Shown here one piece after another: positions 19,656 to 29,700 of a stretch of 64,000 bases of DNA; the stretch's first letter is position 1, and the number at the start of each line of letters is the position of its first letter. Position numbers and translations under genes: made by a program. This DNA is from Anaerolineales bacterium UBA3499. GTDB lineage: Bacteria > Chloroflexota > Anaerolineae > Anaerolineales > UBA11657. The stretch spans positions 91,740 through 155,739 of the forward strand of contig DFQC01000025.1 of assembly GCA_002377585.1 (NCBI GenBank), given 5' to 3'. The notes beneath the pieces are model-generated. The model was not told where the DNA came from, ran no database searches, and saw nothing but the letters and a program-made list of their open reading frames with translations.

Positions 19656-21708
19656 AAAATGCTACCTTACCATTGTTTGGCATTCCGATATTAAGCACAA
19701 CATTGTGCCATGAATCGACCGCTGCTCGATCCTCATAAGAAATCAATATAGTAGTGTCACTATAGACTATTAATGCCGGACCAACAATCACATGACCCGG
19801 CATTAATAAATCGCCAGAATAAATATCAGTATCAATAATTTCACCCGACAGTACAATGGGATATTTTCCGAGATGAGCCACTGACGAATCAGTACTAACT
19901 GATTTGGTTTTAAGTATTGGCACTGCACTCACTGATCCAATACAACGTACACGCAGATTTACTATTTCTATCGAGTCGTTAACATTACTATATCCATATG
20001 CCTGCATATGAGCATCATGAAAGTCGGATTGATAGTCTTGGGTCAATGGAACGTTCAATTCATAAGATTGACCACGATATCGTACATCCAATGTATTTTG
20101 TAAGCAAATATCATCTTCTGATATCAGCTCTTCTGCCATTTCAGCTTGAGCGAGAACAACCATGCTCTTAATCCTGCTTAATAACTCACCATATAAAGTG
20201 TCTTCAGGAAGCATAACTGTACGCACATAATCCTTAATCACATCCGCACTTATCATACCTAGGGCGGACATTGTAGATGCTCGATGTGGAACAATCACTT
20301 GCCCAATGTTTAGAGCCCTTGCCAGTTCACACACATGCAAACCTCCTGCACCGCCAAAAGCAACAAGTGTGAAGTCTCTAGGATCATAACCACGCTGCAC
20401 GGAGATCAAACGCAGTGCACGCTCCATATGAGCATTAATAACCTCTATAATACCTAACGCAGCGGATTGTGCCATTGTAAGATCAGTTCGCTTAACCAGC
20501 CTAGCTCGCTTAGCAAGTTGAGTCAGTACATTATGTGCTCGAGTTTCATCAATTTTCATTTTTCCACCCAAGAAGTGCTCTGGTCGGATGCGACCCAAAA
20601 CTATATTCGCATCAGTGACGGTTGGATAGTCACCACCTAATCCATAACAAGCCGGTCCGGGATTAGCACCAGCACTCTTGGGTCCTACCTTTAGTGCTCC
20701 ACCAGCATCCACATAGGCTATGGAGCCGCCTCCTGCACCTACAGTATGTATATCAATCATTGGTATACGGATTGGAACACCTCCAACAACACTCTGGGAA
20801 GTTAGTTTTGGATGATCTTGAATCAGAGATACATCTGTAGAAGTACCACCCATATCTAACGTAATGATCTGATTGTTTCCGGACATTTGTGACATAGATA
20901 AAGCACCGACAACACCCCCGGCAGGACCAGAAACAATTGACTTTACTCCCATGATACGTGCCTCCCTAGAACTAATCGTACCTCCATTTGATTGCATCAC
21001 ACGAAGTCTTCTCACTTCATCGGGTAATTCACTCTGCAATTTACCAATGTATTCATTTAAGACTGGCGTAACATAAGCATTTACTACGGTGGTAGATGCA
21101 CGTTCAAACTCTCTAAATTCAGGCACAACATTGCTTGAAACCGAGACGAAGAAACCAGCATTTCTAAGATCCTTAGCAATTATTTCTTCATGTTTAGGAT
21201 AGTTAAATGAAAACAGCAAACTAATAGCGACCGATCTGACTTTATTTTGTCGCAATTCATCAATGAGGTTCGAAATTTCATCTAAAACCAAAGGTTCTAA
21301 TACCTCACCTTTAGACCCAATGCGCTCGCTGACTTCAAAACACATATCATCTTCCAACAAAGGTGTAATGTTATTTGTACAAAAACCGTAGATTTTTCTT
21401 CTAGCTTGTCTACCAATTTTTAGAACATCTTTGAATCCTCGAGTAGTAATTAGAGCAGAATTAGCACCTTTGCGTTCTAAAAGTGTGTTTGTAGCTACTG
21501 TAGAACCATGCACTAACACTACAGATATATTTGCATCCTCTCTAGAAGACAATATTTTGTCTAAACCACGAATTACTACTTCCTCTGGTGTCAATGGTGT
21601 CGACAATAACTTAAAAGACTTAACAATTCCTGCATCCTCATCAAAAATTACAAAATCCGTGAAGGTGCCGCCAATATCAACTCCGATTCGTATTTTATGT
21701 CCTTGCAT
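19648..21708 (-). CDS. Hydantoinase A/oxoprolinase family protein
   Basis: GVDIGGTFTD, HGSTVATN, SGPAGG, DMGGTSTD, GAGGGS, SAGANPGPACYG, FGGAGGLH. Confidence 0.92.
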   Translation of the reverse strand: MQGHKIRIGVDIGGTFTDFVIFDEDAGIVKSFKLLSTPLTPEEVVIRGLDKILSSREDANISVVLVHGSTVATNTLLERKGANSALITTRGFKDVLKIGRQARRKIYGFCTNNITPLLEDDMCFEVSERIGSKGEVLEPLVLDEISNLIDELRQNKVRSVAISLLFSFNYPKHEEIIAKDLRNAGFFVSVSSNVVPEFREFERASTTVVNAYVTPVLNEYIGKLQSELPDEVRRLRVMQSNGGTISSREARIMGVKSIVSGPAGGVVGALSMSQMSGNNQIITLDMGGTSTDVSLIQDHPKLTSQSVVGGVPIRIPMIDIHTVGAGGGSIAYVDAGGALKVGPKSAGANPGPACYGLGGDYPTVTDANIVLGRIRPEHFLGGKMKIDETRAHNVLTQLAKRARLVKRTDLTMAQSAALGIIEVINAHMERALRLISVQRGYDPRDFTLVAFGGAGGLHVCELARALNIGQVIVPHRASTMSALGMISADVIKDYVRTVMLPEDTLYGELLSRIKSMVVLAQAEMAEELISEDDICLQNTLDVRYRGQSYELNVPLTQDYQSDFHDAHMQAYGYSNVNDSIEIVNLRVRCIGSVSAVPILKTKSVSTDSSVAHLGKYPIVLSGEIIDTDIYSGDLLMPGHVIVGPALIVYSDTTILISYEDRAAVDSWHNVVLNIGMPNNGKVAFYE

Positions 21709-21791
21709 AATTCATACTATATCTCATTCAACAAATATCGCCCAGACTATGTTTGACAACATGTTCTACTGAGTGAGATAATCCTCACTCG

Positions 21792-23126
21792 ATGAAAAAC
21801 TCAAAATACTTCTATTTGCATTCCCTTGGATGTGCTAAAAACACAGTAGATAGTAGAAGCATGGCACAACTTTTGGATGAGACCGGTTACCAAAGCACCA
21901 ACCAACCAGGAGACGCACAACTGTTGATTGTAAACACATGTGGCTTTATTGGCCCAGCACGGGCCGAGTCTATTCAAGCACTGCAACAATTGGCGGCATG
22001 CAAAACTTCTGAACAGAAGCTTATAGCTGCAGGTTGTCTTTCACAACGTTATGGAAATGAGATAGCTAAAAACATCCCGGGGATAGATGGGATTCTTGGC
22101 ACTCGAAGATGGATGGATATTGTAGATGTAGTAGACAAAATACAAAGTCGCAAAAGTGCCCAGACTCTTTATCATATACCTGAAGTTCCAAATGTGGGCC
22201 GAGATGAGAAAGGTGCACTACGAGTAGCAATCGAAGGAAACAGCGCCTACCTAAAAATTGCTGATGGCTGTCGTCGACCATGTGCATTCTGTGCCATACC
22301 TTTAATTAAAGGTACTCACATAAGTCGCCAACCAGAGCACATCATTTCTGAAGCCAAACACTTGCAATCTATGGGAGTGCAAGAGATTGTATTGATTTCA
22401 CAGGATACTACTGATTATGGACACGACATAGGCATAAAAAATGGGCTAGCACAGCTCCTTAAAGAAATGGTGGCAAGTGTACCTGACATACCATGGATTC
22501 GTATAATGTATGCCTACCCAGGCTATGTCACTGACGAACTTATAGAAACCATGGCTTCCCATTCACAAATTGTTCCTTATTTGGACATGCCACTACAGCA
22601 TGGGCACCGCAAGACCCTACTTAGAATGAAACGGCCTGCAAACTTGGACTGGGTGCACAAAACAATTCATAAGATGCGAGATGCAATACCTAATCTTGCA
22701 ATCCGAACTACCTTCATCGTGGGATATCCTGGTGAAACAGACACAGAATTCGGAGCACTACTTGATTTTGTTGAAGATTTACAGTTTGATAGATTAGGAG
22801 CTTTCCAGTTCTCTTTCGAACACGATACAACTAGTGCACCTCTGGGGGATCCAATCTCTCAGGAAATCAAAGAAAATAGATTTGAAAAACTCATGCAACT
22901 ACAACAGAATATTTCTTTGCAAAAAAATCAACTTTTTTTAGGAAAAACAATTGATGTATTAATAGAAGGCAAAGAAGATGGGATAAGTGTGGGTCGAAGC
23001 TACCGAGATGCACCAGAAATAGACGGAACAGTTATTGTGGAAGGAGAACTTCCCGTAGGAACAATAAGCCCTGTGTACATTACTGGAGCAATGACCTATG
23101 ATCTAACTGGAGTGCCAGCACAATAA
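21792..23126 (+). CDS. rimO: Ribosomal protein S12 methylthiotransferase
   Basis: SLGCAKNTVD, VNTCGFI, radical SAM CRRPCAFC, YLDMPLQH, RTTFIVGYPGET, GRSYRDAPEIDG. Confidence 0.93.
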   Translation: MKNSKYFYLHSLGCAKNTVDSRSMAQLLDETGYQSTNQPGDAQLLIVNTCGFIGPARAESIQALQQLAACKTSEQKLIAAGCLSQRYGNEIAKNIPGIDGILGTRRWMDIVDVVDKIQSRKSAQTLYHIPEVPNVGRDEKGALRVAIEGNSAYLKIADGCRRPCAFCAIPLIKGTHISRQPEHIISEAKHLQSMGVQEIVLISQDTTDYGHDIGIKNGLAQLLKEMVASVPDIPWIRIMYAYPGYVTDELIETMASHSQIVPYLDMPLQHGHRKTLLRMKRPANLDWVHKTIHKMRDAIPNLAIRTTFIVGYPGETDTEFGALLDFVEDLQFDRLGAFQFSFEHDTTSAPLGDPISQEIKENRFEKLMQLQQNISLQKNQLFLGKTIDVLIEGKEDGISVGRSYRDAPEIDGTVIVEGELPVGTISPVYITGAMTYDLTGVPAQ

Positions 23127-23146
23127 TGAGCGTGTGGATTAACTAC

Positions 23147-24331
23147 TTATTTCAATACGTATTGTGACGCTATTCCGGCCATCATTGCCGCACCAATTGT
23201 TAGAGATTGTTCATCTATATCAAATTTTGGGTGGTGATGTGGATAATCCAAACCACGCTCACTATTTGATGAACCAACAAAAAAGTAACATCCTGGTATA
23301 TCAACCATAAACTCGCTGAAATCCTCTGAAACTGCAGTACGCTCTTCATTTGATACTGTGTTCACTTCCGGAACATACTGTGCTTGTTCCCGCACTAAAC
23401 GTGCAGCATCTAAATTATTGTTTACAGGTCTATACCCAGCACTGAAAGAGACATTTGCAGAACATCCCATTGCACATGCAATATCTTGCGCTATTCTAGT
23501 AATACTGGTGGTAATTGTTTCATATGCACCTTCATTAAAATACCGTAGTGTACCTGCCAAGGTTGCCTCATTTGGAATAACATTGTGAGTTTCACCACAA
23601 TGAATTTGAGTAACGCTAACGACAGCTGCCTCTGATGGCGACAGATTGCGAGAAACTACAGTTTGCAGACCCATTACGATTTGCGCAGCTGCAACAGCGG
23701 GGTCATTAGTATGTTGTGGTGCGGCAGCATGACCTCCATTGCCGACAATAGTACATTGCCAACTACAACTTCCAGCCATCATATTACCATCTGTAGCACC
23801 CACCCAGCCTACAGGCCTTTCATTCCACAAATGCATGCCATAAACATAATCTGGATTAGGTTCAATTAGTACCCCATCCTTAATCATCGATGCAGCCCCA
23901 GCACCGCCTTCCTCTGCTGGCTGAAACACAAACTTCACTGATCCTTTCAAATTATCAGAGTGTGCAGCAAGCATCCTAGCAACACACAATCCAATGGCTA
24001 CATGACCATCATGACCACAGGCATGCATCACACCATCATTTTGCGACTTATATTCCACATCATTCTCTTCCTGAATTGGTAATGCATCCATGTCAAATCT
24101 TAGGAGCACAGTGGGTCCAACATGTTTTCCCTTGAGAAGACCTACAACCCCAGTTTTGCCTACACCATCCTGAACTTGCATACCCAATTCATCTAGCAGA
24201 TTAGCAACTATGCCAGATGTTCTGATTTCATTATATCCAGTCTCAGGATGACTATGAAAATCACGCCTTTCAGCAATCAACACTTTTTCAAGACTTTTTG
24301 CTGCTTTTATGAATTCACTCATATGCGCCAA
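23147..24331 (-). CDS. M20D family amidohydrolase
   Basis: RRDFHSHPE, RFDMDALP, MHACGHDGH, FQPAEEG, SEDF, HHHPKFD. Confidence 0.92.
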   Translation of the reverse strand: MAHMSEFIKAAKSLEKVLIAERRDFHSHPETGYNEIRTSGIVANLLDELGMQVQDGVGKTGVVGLLKGKHVGPTVLLRFDMDALPIQEENDVEYKSQNDGVMHACGHDGHVAIGLCVARMLAAHSDNLKGSVKFVFQPAEEGGAGAASMIKDGVLIEPNPDYVYGMHLWNERPVGWVGATDGNMMAGSCSWQCTIVGNGGHAAAPQHTNDPAVAAAQIVMGLQTVVSRNLSPSEAAVVSVTQIHCGETHNVIPNEATLAGTLRYFNEGAYETITTSITRIAQDIACAMGCSANVSFSAGYRPVNNNLDAARLVREQAQYVPEVNTVSNEERTAVSEDFSEFMVDIPGCYFFVGSSNSERGLDYPHHHPKFDIDEQSLTIGAAMMAGIASQYVLK

Positions 24332-24368
24332 TTAGTATTGAATATTTTTTGACTACAAATCTTAGCCG

Positions 24369-25190
24369 TCATTCAATTATCTCTATTGGAATAGAATTAT
24401 TTTGCTGTTTTGCAGCTTGTGATGTAGAAATTCTCACAATATCATCAGCTATACTGATTAAGGATACTGCAGCCTGAGATTCTGGTTGTGAAATCACAAT
24501 TGGATTACCACTATCCCCTCCTATACGTACTTGCGGATCCAAAGGCACACTGCCAATAAAATCAACGCCTGTATCTTTAGCAAGCTGTTCACCACCACCC
24601 TGACCGAATACATCGACTCTCTGATTATTAGGCATAGCCAGATAACTCATATTTTCTACCACACCAAGTACCGGAACATGTAATTGTCTAAATAATTCAA
24701 GTCCGCGGCGAGCATCAGCAAGTGAAACTGCTTGAGGAAGAGTAACAATGAAACCACCTGTGAGAGAAAGAGTCTGAGAAATGCTCAGCTGCGCATCTCC
24801 AGTACCAGGAGGCAAATCTACAATGAGATAATCTATTTCACCCCAATCTACATCTTCCACAAATTGTCTAATGGCAGAATGTAACATAGGTCCCCGCCAA
24901 GCTAAAGGTTGAGTTTCGCCTACAAGCAAACCCATACTAATGACCTTCACACCATGTGCAAGAGCAGGTACTATTGTTTTTCCTTGCGGTGGAGGCAGCG
25001 ATTTGACACCCATCATAATATGACAGTTAGGACCATACACATCCGCATCTAATAAACCTACTTTGTTTCCATTATTAGCTATTGATATAGCCACATTTAC
25101 TGCAATGGTTGATTTACCAACACCGCCTTTACCAGATGCAATAGCTATGGTGTGCGCAAATTGTGATTTATTGCTTTCTTGATGATTCAA
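24369..25190 (-). CDS. mrp: Mrp/ApbC/NBP35 family P-loop ATPase (Fe-S carrier)
   Basis: [42 protein letters not shown]; TTG start with a GGAG RBS. Confidence 0.9.
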   Translation of the reverse strand: MNHQESNKSQFAHTIAIASGKGGVGKSTIAVNVAISIANNGNKVGLLDADVYGPNCHIMMGVKSLPPPQGKTIVPALAHGVKVISMGLLVGETQPLAWRGPMLHSAIRQFVEDVDWGEIDYLIVDLPPGTGDAQLSISQTLSLTGGFIVTLPQAVSLADARRGLELFRQLHVPVLGVVENMSYLAMPNNQRVDVFGQGGGEQLAKDTGVDFIGSVPLDPQVRIGGDSGNPIVISQPESQAAVSLISIADDIVRISTSQAAKQQNNSIPIEIIE

Positions 25191-25226
25191 ACAGCACTCC
25201 TTGGTCGCTCATCTAAACTCAATACA

Positions 25227-25562
25227 TTATTTTGTCTTAGCAGTCATCTTATCAATGTATATCGACACGTCTTTACGTGCTTTATCAAATTTCTTCAACA
25301 ACTCTTTGTCACTACCCTTATAACGACGAATCGTTTGTTGGGCACATGCAGTACAACCCAATCTAGCTCGATGTGAACCTGCATGACAGGTCATACATCC
25401 ATTGACTCTCATCATCATCAATGAAAATCCCAACCCATCTACAGAATCGGGTTCTTGTTCACAAACCATATCTACTAATTCATCCCAGTCTTCACCACGA
25501 GCGCCCTTTAAATGTGGGACAACGCGTTCTGGGAACAATAATTCTGCATCCTGTTGATACAT
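25227..25562 (-). CDS. Hypothetical 111-aa cytoplasmic protein with CxxC-x10-CxxC
   Basis: CMTCHAGSHRARLGCTAC; AGGTG RBS-like sequence; co-oriented between nuoI and mrp. Confidence 0.8.
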   Translation of the reverse strand: MYQQDAELLFPERVVPHLKGARGEDWDELVDMVCEQEPDSVDGLGFSLMMMRVNGCMTCHAGSHRARLGCTACAQQTIRRYKGSDKELLKKFDKARKDVSIYIDKMTAKTK

Positions 25563-25733
25563 GATTATGCACCTATATTTAAATTACAGTACTCCACTAA
25601 AGATATCTTTAGAAATATATGAAATTATACGATCTAATTGTATAGCTATTTAGTTGCAGATATTTTATCAATTAATACCATTAACCAATTTGATGTTTAC
25701 ACCACCTCGAATTCACACTAATCAAGAATGGGG

Positions 25734-26393
25734 TTAATTAGCTTCTGCTGCTGCCTTTTTTGCAGCAGCCGCTGCCTTTTTCGCAGCAGCCGCTTCTTTC
25801 TTAGCTGCTTTCTTGGCAATTTCCTCAGCACGGGCTGTTTCCTCTGCCAAATAATCGGTAGGACGAATACTAGCATAATATTCGACCGGCTTGTCTAAAC
25901 GAGCCTTGTCGAAAATATGTGCCTCAGTACGATCATAAGAAGCCAATTCATAATCATGGTCCATTTTTATAGCATCAAACGGACAATACTCCGCACAATA
26001 GCCACAATTCATACATATATCAATGTCTATATAAAAATTGGTTGGTTCAGGGATAGGACGTCCAGTATCTGGATCAGATGATCTCTCTATCCATATACAC
26101 TGAGGCGGACATACTTTTGCACATATACCACAGGATGTACACCGATCAGTCGTACTCCCATCCTTATTATTTTCATACAAAAGAAAAGGTATAAAACGAA
26201 ACTGCTCTGGTACAGGCAGTTTCTCATCGGGATATTGAACTGTAAACACTCCACGACCTTCTGTACCTTGTCGGATGTTCATGGAGCTATCACTATAATA
26301 ACGTTGTCCTAAGAACCGCATGTCATCCACAAAAGAATTTACCAGATGCCTGATTGTTACACCCATACCCTTAAGTATTCCTGTCCCGTACAT
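25734..26393 (-). CDS. nuoI: NADH-quinone oxidoreductase subunit I
   Basis: TVQYPDE, CTSCGICAKVCP and CMNCGYCAEYCP (2x[4Fe-4S]); follows nuoCD. Confidence 0.9.
   Translation of the reverse strand: MYGTGILKGMGVTIRHLVNSFVDDMRFLGQRYYSDSSMNIRQGTEGRGVFTVQYPDEKLPVPEQFRFIPFLLYENNKDGSTTDRCTSCGICAKVCPPQCIWIERSSDPDTGRPIPEPTNFYIDIDICMNCGYCAEYCPFDAIKMDHDYELASYDRTEAHIFDKARLDKPVEYYASIRPTDYLAEETARAEEIAKKAAKKEAAAAKKAAAAAKKAAAEAN
25750..25791 (-). repeat. 21-bp tandem repeat (2 copies, 1 mismatch) in the Ala/Lys-rich tail of nuoI
   Basis: gctgccttttttgcagcagcc followed by gctgcctttttcgcagcagcc. Confidence 0.85.
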
Positions 26394-26409
26394 ATAATCA
26401 AGCTCCCTA

Positions 26410-28188
26410 TTAACGGTCTACTTCACCCAATACGATATCTATACTACCCAATATAACCACTGCGTCTGCTACCTTATGCCCCTTGCACAATTCCCCAAGC
26501 ACAGTCAAATTCACAAATGATGGAGCACGTACATGGTAACGATATGGGTTAGCCTTACCTGTCGAAACCACGTAATAACCTAACTCACCCTTAGGATTTT
26601 CAACACGCCCGTAACTTTCACCCGCAGGTACTCGTACATTGTATTGGGGCTTGCCAGAAAAAATCTCTCCCTCAGCAGGTATGTCACGCATAACTTGCTG
26701 ACATATTCTTGTGCTTTCACGCATTTCATCAACACGAACTAGATAACGATCATACACGTCACCATTTGGTCTAGTGCAAATATCAAAATCAAAACGATCA
26801 TAAATACTATATGAATCTGCAGTACGCAAATCATATGGCACTCCAGAAGCACGCAGAAGTGGTCCGGCAGCACTGTACGCAATTGCTTTGTCCGGTGGCA
26901 GAACCCCTACTCCAATACATCTGCTTCGAACAATTTCATTTGCTGTCAAAAACTGGTCAAGTTCATCTATCGCCTTTGGCAAAGTATTTTCAACCAAATC
27001 AGTAATAAACTGTACTGTATCCTCACCGCGTAATGTGTCGGGAAAGTCTCGTGCTAATCCACCAAACCTCATATAATTACACATCATACGAGATCCAGCC
27101 GTTGCTTCAAACACATCCAATATCAGTTCACGAGCACGTATAGCATACAAAGCAGGAGTCTGAAACGCACCCAAGTCATTCAATAGAAAGCCAATAGCCC
27201 ACATATGATTTGATATACGCGTAAGTTCAGCCATCAAAATCCTGATGTATTCTGCTCTTTCTGGAACATCGGCACCCATAAGCTGCTCGACAGCAAGAGC
27301 ATAACCAAAGTTATTACTCATAGAGCACAAATAGTCTAATCTATCCGTATAGGGCATATTCTGAAGAAAAGTATTACGTTCTCCAATCTTCTCATGGTTG
27401 CGATGTAGATAACCCATCACAGGCTGTAAATCAGTAATGGTTTCCCCATCCAAAGCCACAACCATTCGAAAGACACCATGAGTCGAAGGATGCTGTGGGC
27501 CTATATTAACTACTATTGAATCTGTATGCAGTGACTTACCATTTGAAGTTGTCTTTTGCAGGCTTTCATACAGACTATCATCAGTTTCTGGAGTCCAATT
27601 GTTGATATCGAATCCAGGGGGATAACTAACATTCTTTCCATAAGGATTGTCTGCTTCGCTTCGCTTAACACCCCCACCAGGCCACCGACTGTCAAATGGC
27701 TTGACATCTTCCTCATAATAAGCTTCCTTCCAGTCTTTACGAAGCGGATATCCGTGAAAGCCATCCCACATTAATATGCGTCGCAAATTTGGATGACCAT
27801 CAAACTGAACACCATACATATCAAACACTTCCCTTTCCTGAAAATCAGCGCCGGGATAAATTGGAACAAGCGTTGGTACGACTGGATTTTCTCTATCTAA
27901 CTGGACTTTTATATTTATACCTTTACCGCCAGCAGTCTGGTCAGCATGATATACAACCTCAATATGATTCTCGTCAATATAGTCCACACCGGTTACCGAA
28001 GACAGATAATCGTATCCTAACTCATCCCGAAGCACATTTGCTACCTCAGGTAACATATTCGCAGCAACTATATATCCTTCATATCCCTCTCTGGTGTCAG
28101 AATGCACTTCTCCATCAAAACGGGCCACTAGAGAATCAGATGCTACTTCATTGACTGGTAGAGTACCTGAGCTATCTTTATCTGACAC
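26410..28188 (-). CDS. nuoCD: Fused NADH-quinone oxidoreductase subunit C/D
   Basis: EREVFDMYG...GHPNLRRIL...PLRKD (NuoC); [41 protein letters not shown] (NuoD). Confidence 0.95.
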   Translation of the reverse strand: MSDKDSSGTLPVNEVASDSLVARFDGEVHSDTREGYEGYIVAANMLPEVANVLRDELGYDYLSSVTGVDYIDENHIEVVYHADQTAGGKGINIKVQLDRENPVVPTLVPIYPGADFQEREVFDMYGVQFDGHPNLRRILMWDGFHGYPLRKDWKEAYYEEDVKPFDSRWPGGGVKRSEADNPYGKNVSYPPGFDINNWTPETDDSLYESLQKTTSNGKSLHTDSIVVNIGPQHPSTHGVFRMVVALDGETITDLQPVMGYLHRNHEKIGERNTFLQNMPYTDRLDYLCSMSNNFGYALAVEQLMGADVPERAEYIRILMAELTRISNHMWAIGFLLNDLGAFQTPALYAIRARELILDVFEATAGSRMMCNYMRFGGLARDFPDTLRGEDTVQFITDLVENTLPKAIDELDQFLTANEIVRSRCIGVGVLPPDKAIAYSAAGPLLRASGVPYDLRTADSYSIYDRFDFDICTRPNGDVYDRYLVRVDEMRESTRICQQVMRDIPAEGEIFSGKPQYNVRVPAGESYGRVENPKGELGYYVVSTGKANPYRYHVRAPSFVNLTVLGELCKGHKVADAVVILGSIDIVLGEVDR

Positions 28189-28190
28189 AA

Positions 28191-28832
28191 TTATTCCTCG
28201 ACTGATTCAGTATTTTCTTGCACTTGGCCAGCTTGCTGCGCTAGCAAAGCATGTTGACGTGGATCAAACAAATCAGGTCCAAGCACTGGTACCGGAACTG
28301 CTTCACTAGTTTCTTGACCATACCATCTTACTGATTTTAATGATTGGCTATCTATTTTTTCCTGCAGCTTTATAAGTCCATGCAACAAAGCTTGCGGAGT
28401 AGGTGGACAACCAGGAACATACACATCCACTGGCACAAACTTATCAATACCAGACACTACGTTGTATCCCTCCTTGAAAGGACCCCCTCCACTTGCACAG
28501 GCGCCCATCGCCATAACATATTTAGGTTCGGGCATCTGATTAAATAATCGAACTATTTGAGGAACCATCTTTTTTGTAACTGTACCAGACACTATCATCA
28601 AATCTGCCTGGCGCGGAGTAGCTCTAAAAACCTCCATCCCAAAACGGGCAATATCAAAACGACTAGCTGCTGTACAAATCATTTCAATCGCACAGCAAGC
28701 TAGACCAAAAACCATAGGCCATATGGATGAGCGGCGTCCCCAGTTATATATTTTGTCCAATGATGTGATCGTAACAGCTGATTGCAGCTCACTAGGTACC
28801 GGTATATCAGGATTAGATAGTTCGTTGTTCAT
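28191..28832 (-). CDS. nuoB: NADH-quinone oxidoreductase subunit B
   Basis: [41 protein letters not shown]; GAGGAG RBS. Confidence 0.96.
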   Translation of the reverse strand: MNNELSNPDIPVPSELQSAVTITSLDKIYNWGRRSSIWPMVFGLACCAIEMICTAASRFDIARFGMEVFRATPRQADLMIVSGTVTKKMVPQIVRLFNQMPEPKYVMAMGACASGGGPFKEGYNVVSGIDKFVPVDVYVPGCPPTPQALLHGLIKLQEKIDSQSLKSVRWYGQETSEAVPVPVLGPDLFDPRQHALLAQQAGQVQENTESVEE

Positions 28833-28987
28833 CAGTGAAAGTACTCCTCACATCTTATTTTACCGTTCTTTATTCTCATTGTGGATTGTTGAAACATAAC
28901 TACCCTATAACTTACCTACTAATTGACTAAAACCGTAACATAGCCAATATTGTCAAGTCCATTAATTACATATTTCACAACCTAGTG

Positions 28988-29016
28988 ATTATATGATTCA
29001 GGTACTCCTTTGTCAA
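28988..29016 (-). promoter_or_regulatory. Consensus sigma70-type promoter for nuoB-CD-I
   Basis: Minus strand reads TTGACA-aaggagtacctgaatca (17 nt)-TATAAT. Confidence 0.85.
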
Positions 29017-29058
29017 GAATTATTGCTGACTGATAGGTAGTTCCTAAATGATTCTTTG

Positions 29059-29087
29059 TTGACTGTAATATGGGTTGATGCTAAAAT
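29059..29087 (+). promoter_or_regulatory. Sigma70-type promoter for the A-type Fe-S carrier gene
   Basis: TTGACT-17 nt-TAAAAT with extended -10 (TGcTAAAAT). Confidence 0.7.
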
Positions 29088-29163
29088 GTGACAAATGTAA
29101 ACTAAGCTCAATATGTTTAGCTTAGTGTTAGTAACAGTGTAATTGTCATCATCGGAGAGCAAC

Positions 29164-29598
29164 ATGAGCGTATCAACAGATGTGCAACAAATAGTACCTG
29201 AGTCACAAAACTACGACGATATCAACCTTACTGAAAAAGCTCGGGAGCATTTAACTAAGCTACTTACCGAACGTAACATACCAGACCATGGCCTGCGTGT
29301 ATTTGTTTCAGGTGGCGGCTGTTCTGGCATGCAATATGGTATGGCTATGGAAAGCGAGCCACGTGAATTTGATACTATAGTCGACTCTAATGGTGTCAAA
29401 GTATTTATTGATCCTACATCACTTATGTACATGCGTGGTTCTTCAATCGACTACGTAGACAATTTGATGGGTGGTGGTTTTAGTATAGATAATCCACAAG
29501 CAGTAGCCAGTTGTGGATGCGGTCACTCTTTCCGCACAACTGAAAATTCTCCGTCTAGTCCACCGGCATCATCCGGAGGATGCGGATCCTGCGGTTAG
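29164..29598 (+). CDS. A-type Fe-S cluster carrier (IscA/ErpA/SufA, HesB family)
   Basis: LRVFVSGGGCSGMQY, IDYVD, NPQAVASCGCGHSF; GGAG RBS before ATG 29164. Confidence 0.93.
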   Translation: MSVSTDVQQIVPESQNYDDINLTEKAREHLTKLLTERNIPDHGLRVFVSGGGCSGMQYGMAMESEPREFDTIVDSNGVKVFIDPTSLMYMRGSSIDYVDNLMGGGFSIDNPQAVASCGCGHSFRTTENSPSSPPASSGGCGSCG

Positions 29599-29700
29599 TC
29601 TATTTGTTTTAGATAAAATACTCCCTAACAACACCATAGTAGAGTAACAAATATATTGGTCCATTTAAATAAACCATTTCGCATTTAATCTATAGACAAA

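Noticed and set aside
25227-25562. CMTCH read as a c-type heme (CxxCH) motif
   Set aside because: There is no signal peptide or TM segment, and a second CxxC follows, which fits a 4-Cys metal site better.
26410-28832. Group 4 [NiFe]-hydrogenase interpretation of the B/CD/I genes
   Set aside because: The large subunit lacks both CxxC Ni-binding motifs and ends DIVLGEVDR; NuoB has the complex I tandem CC motif.
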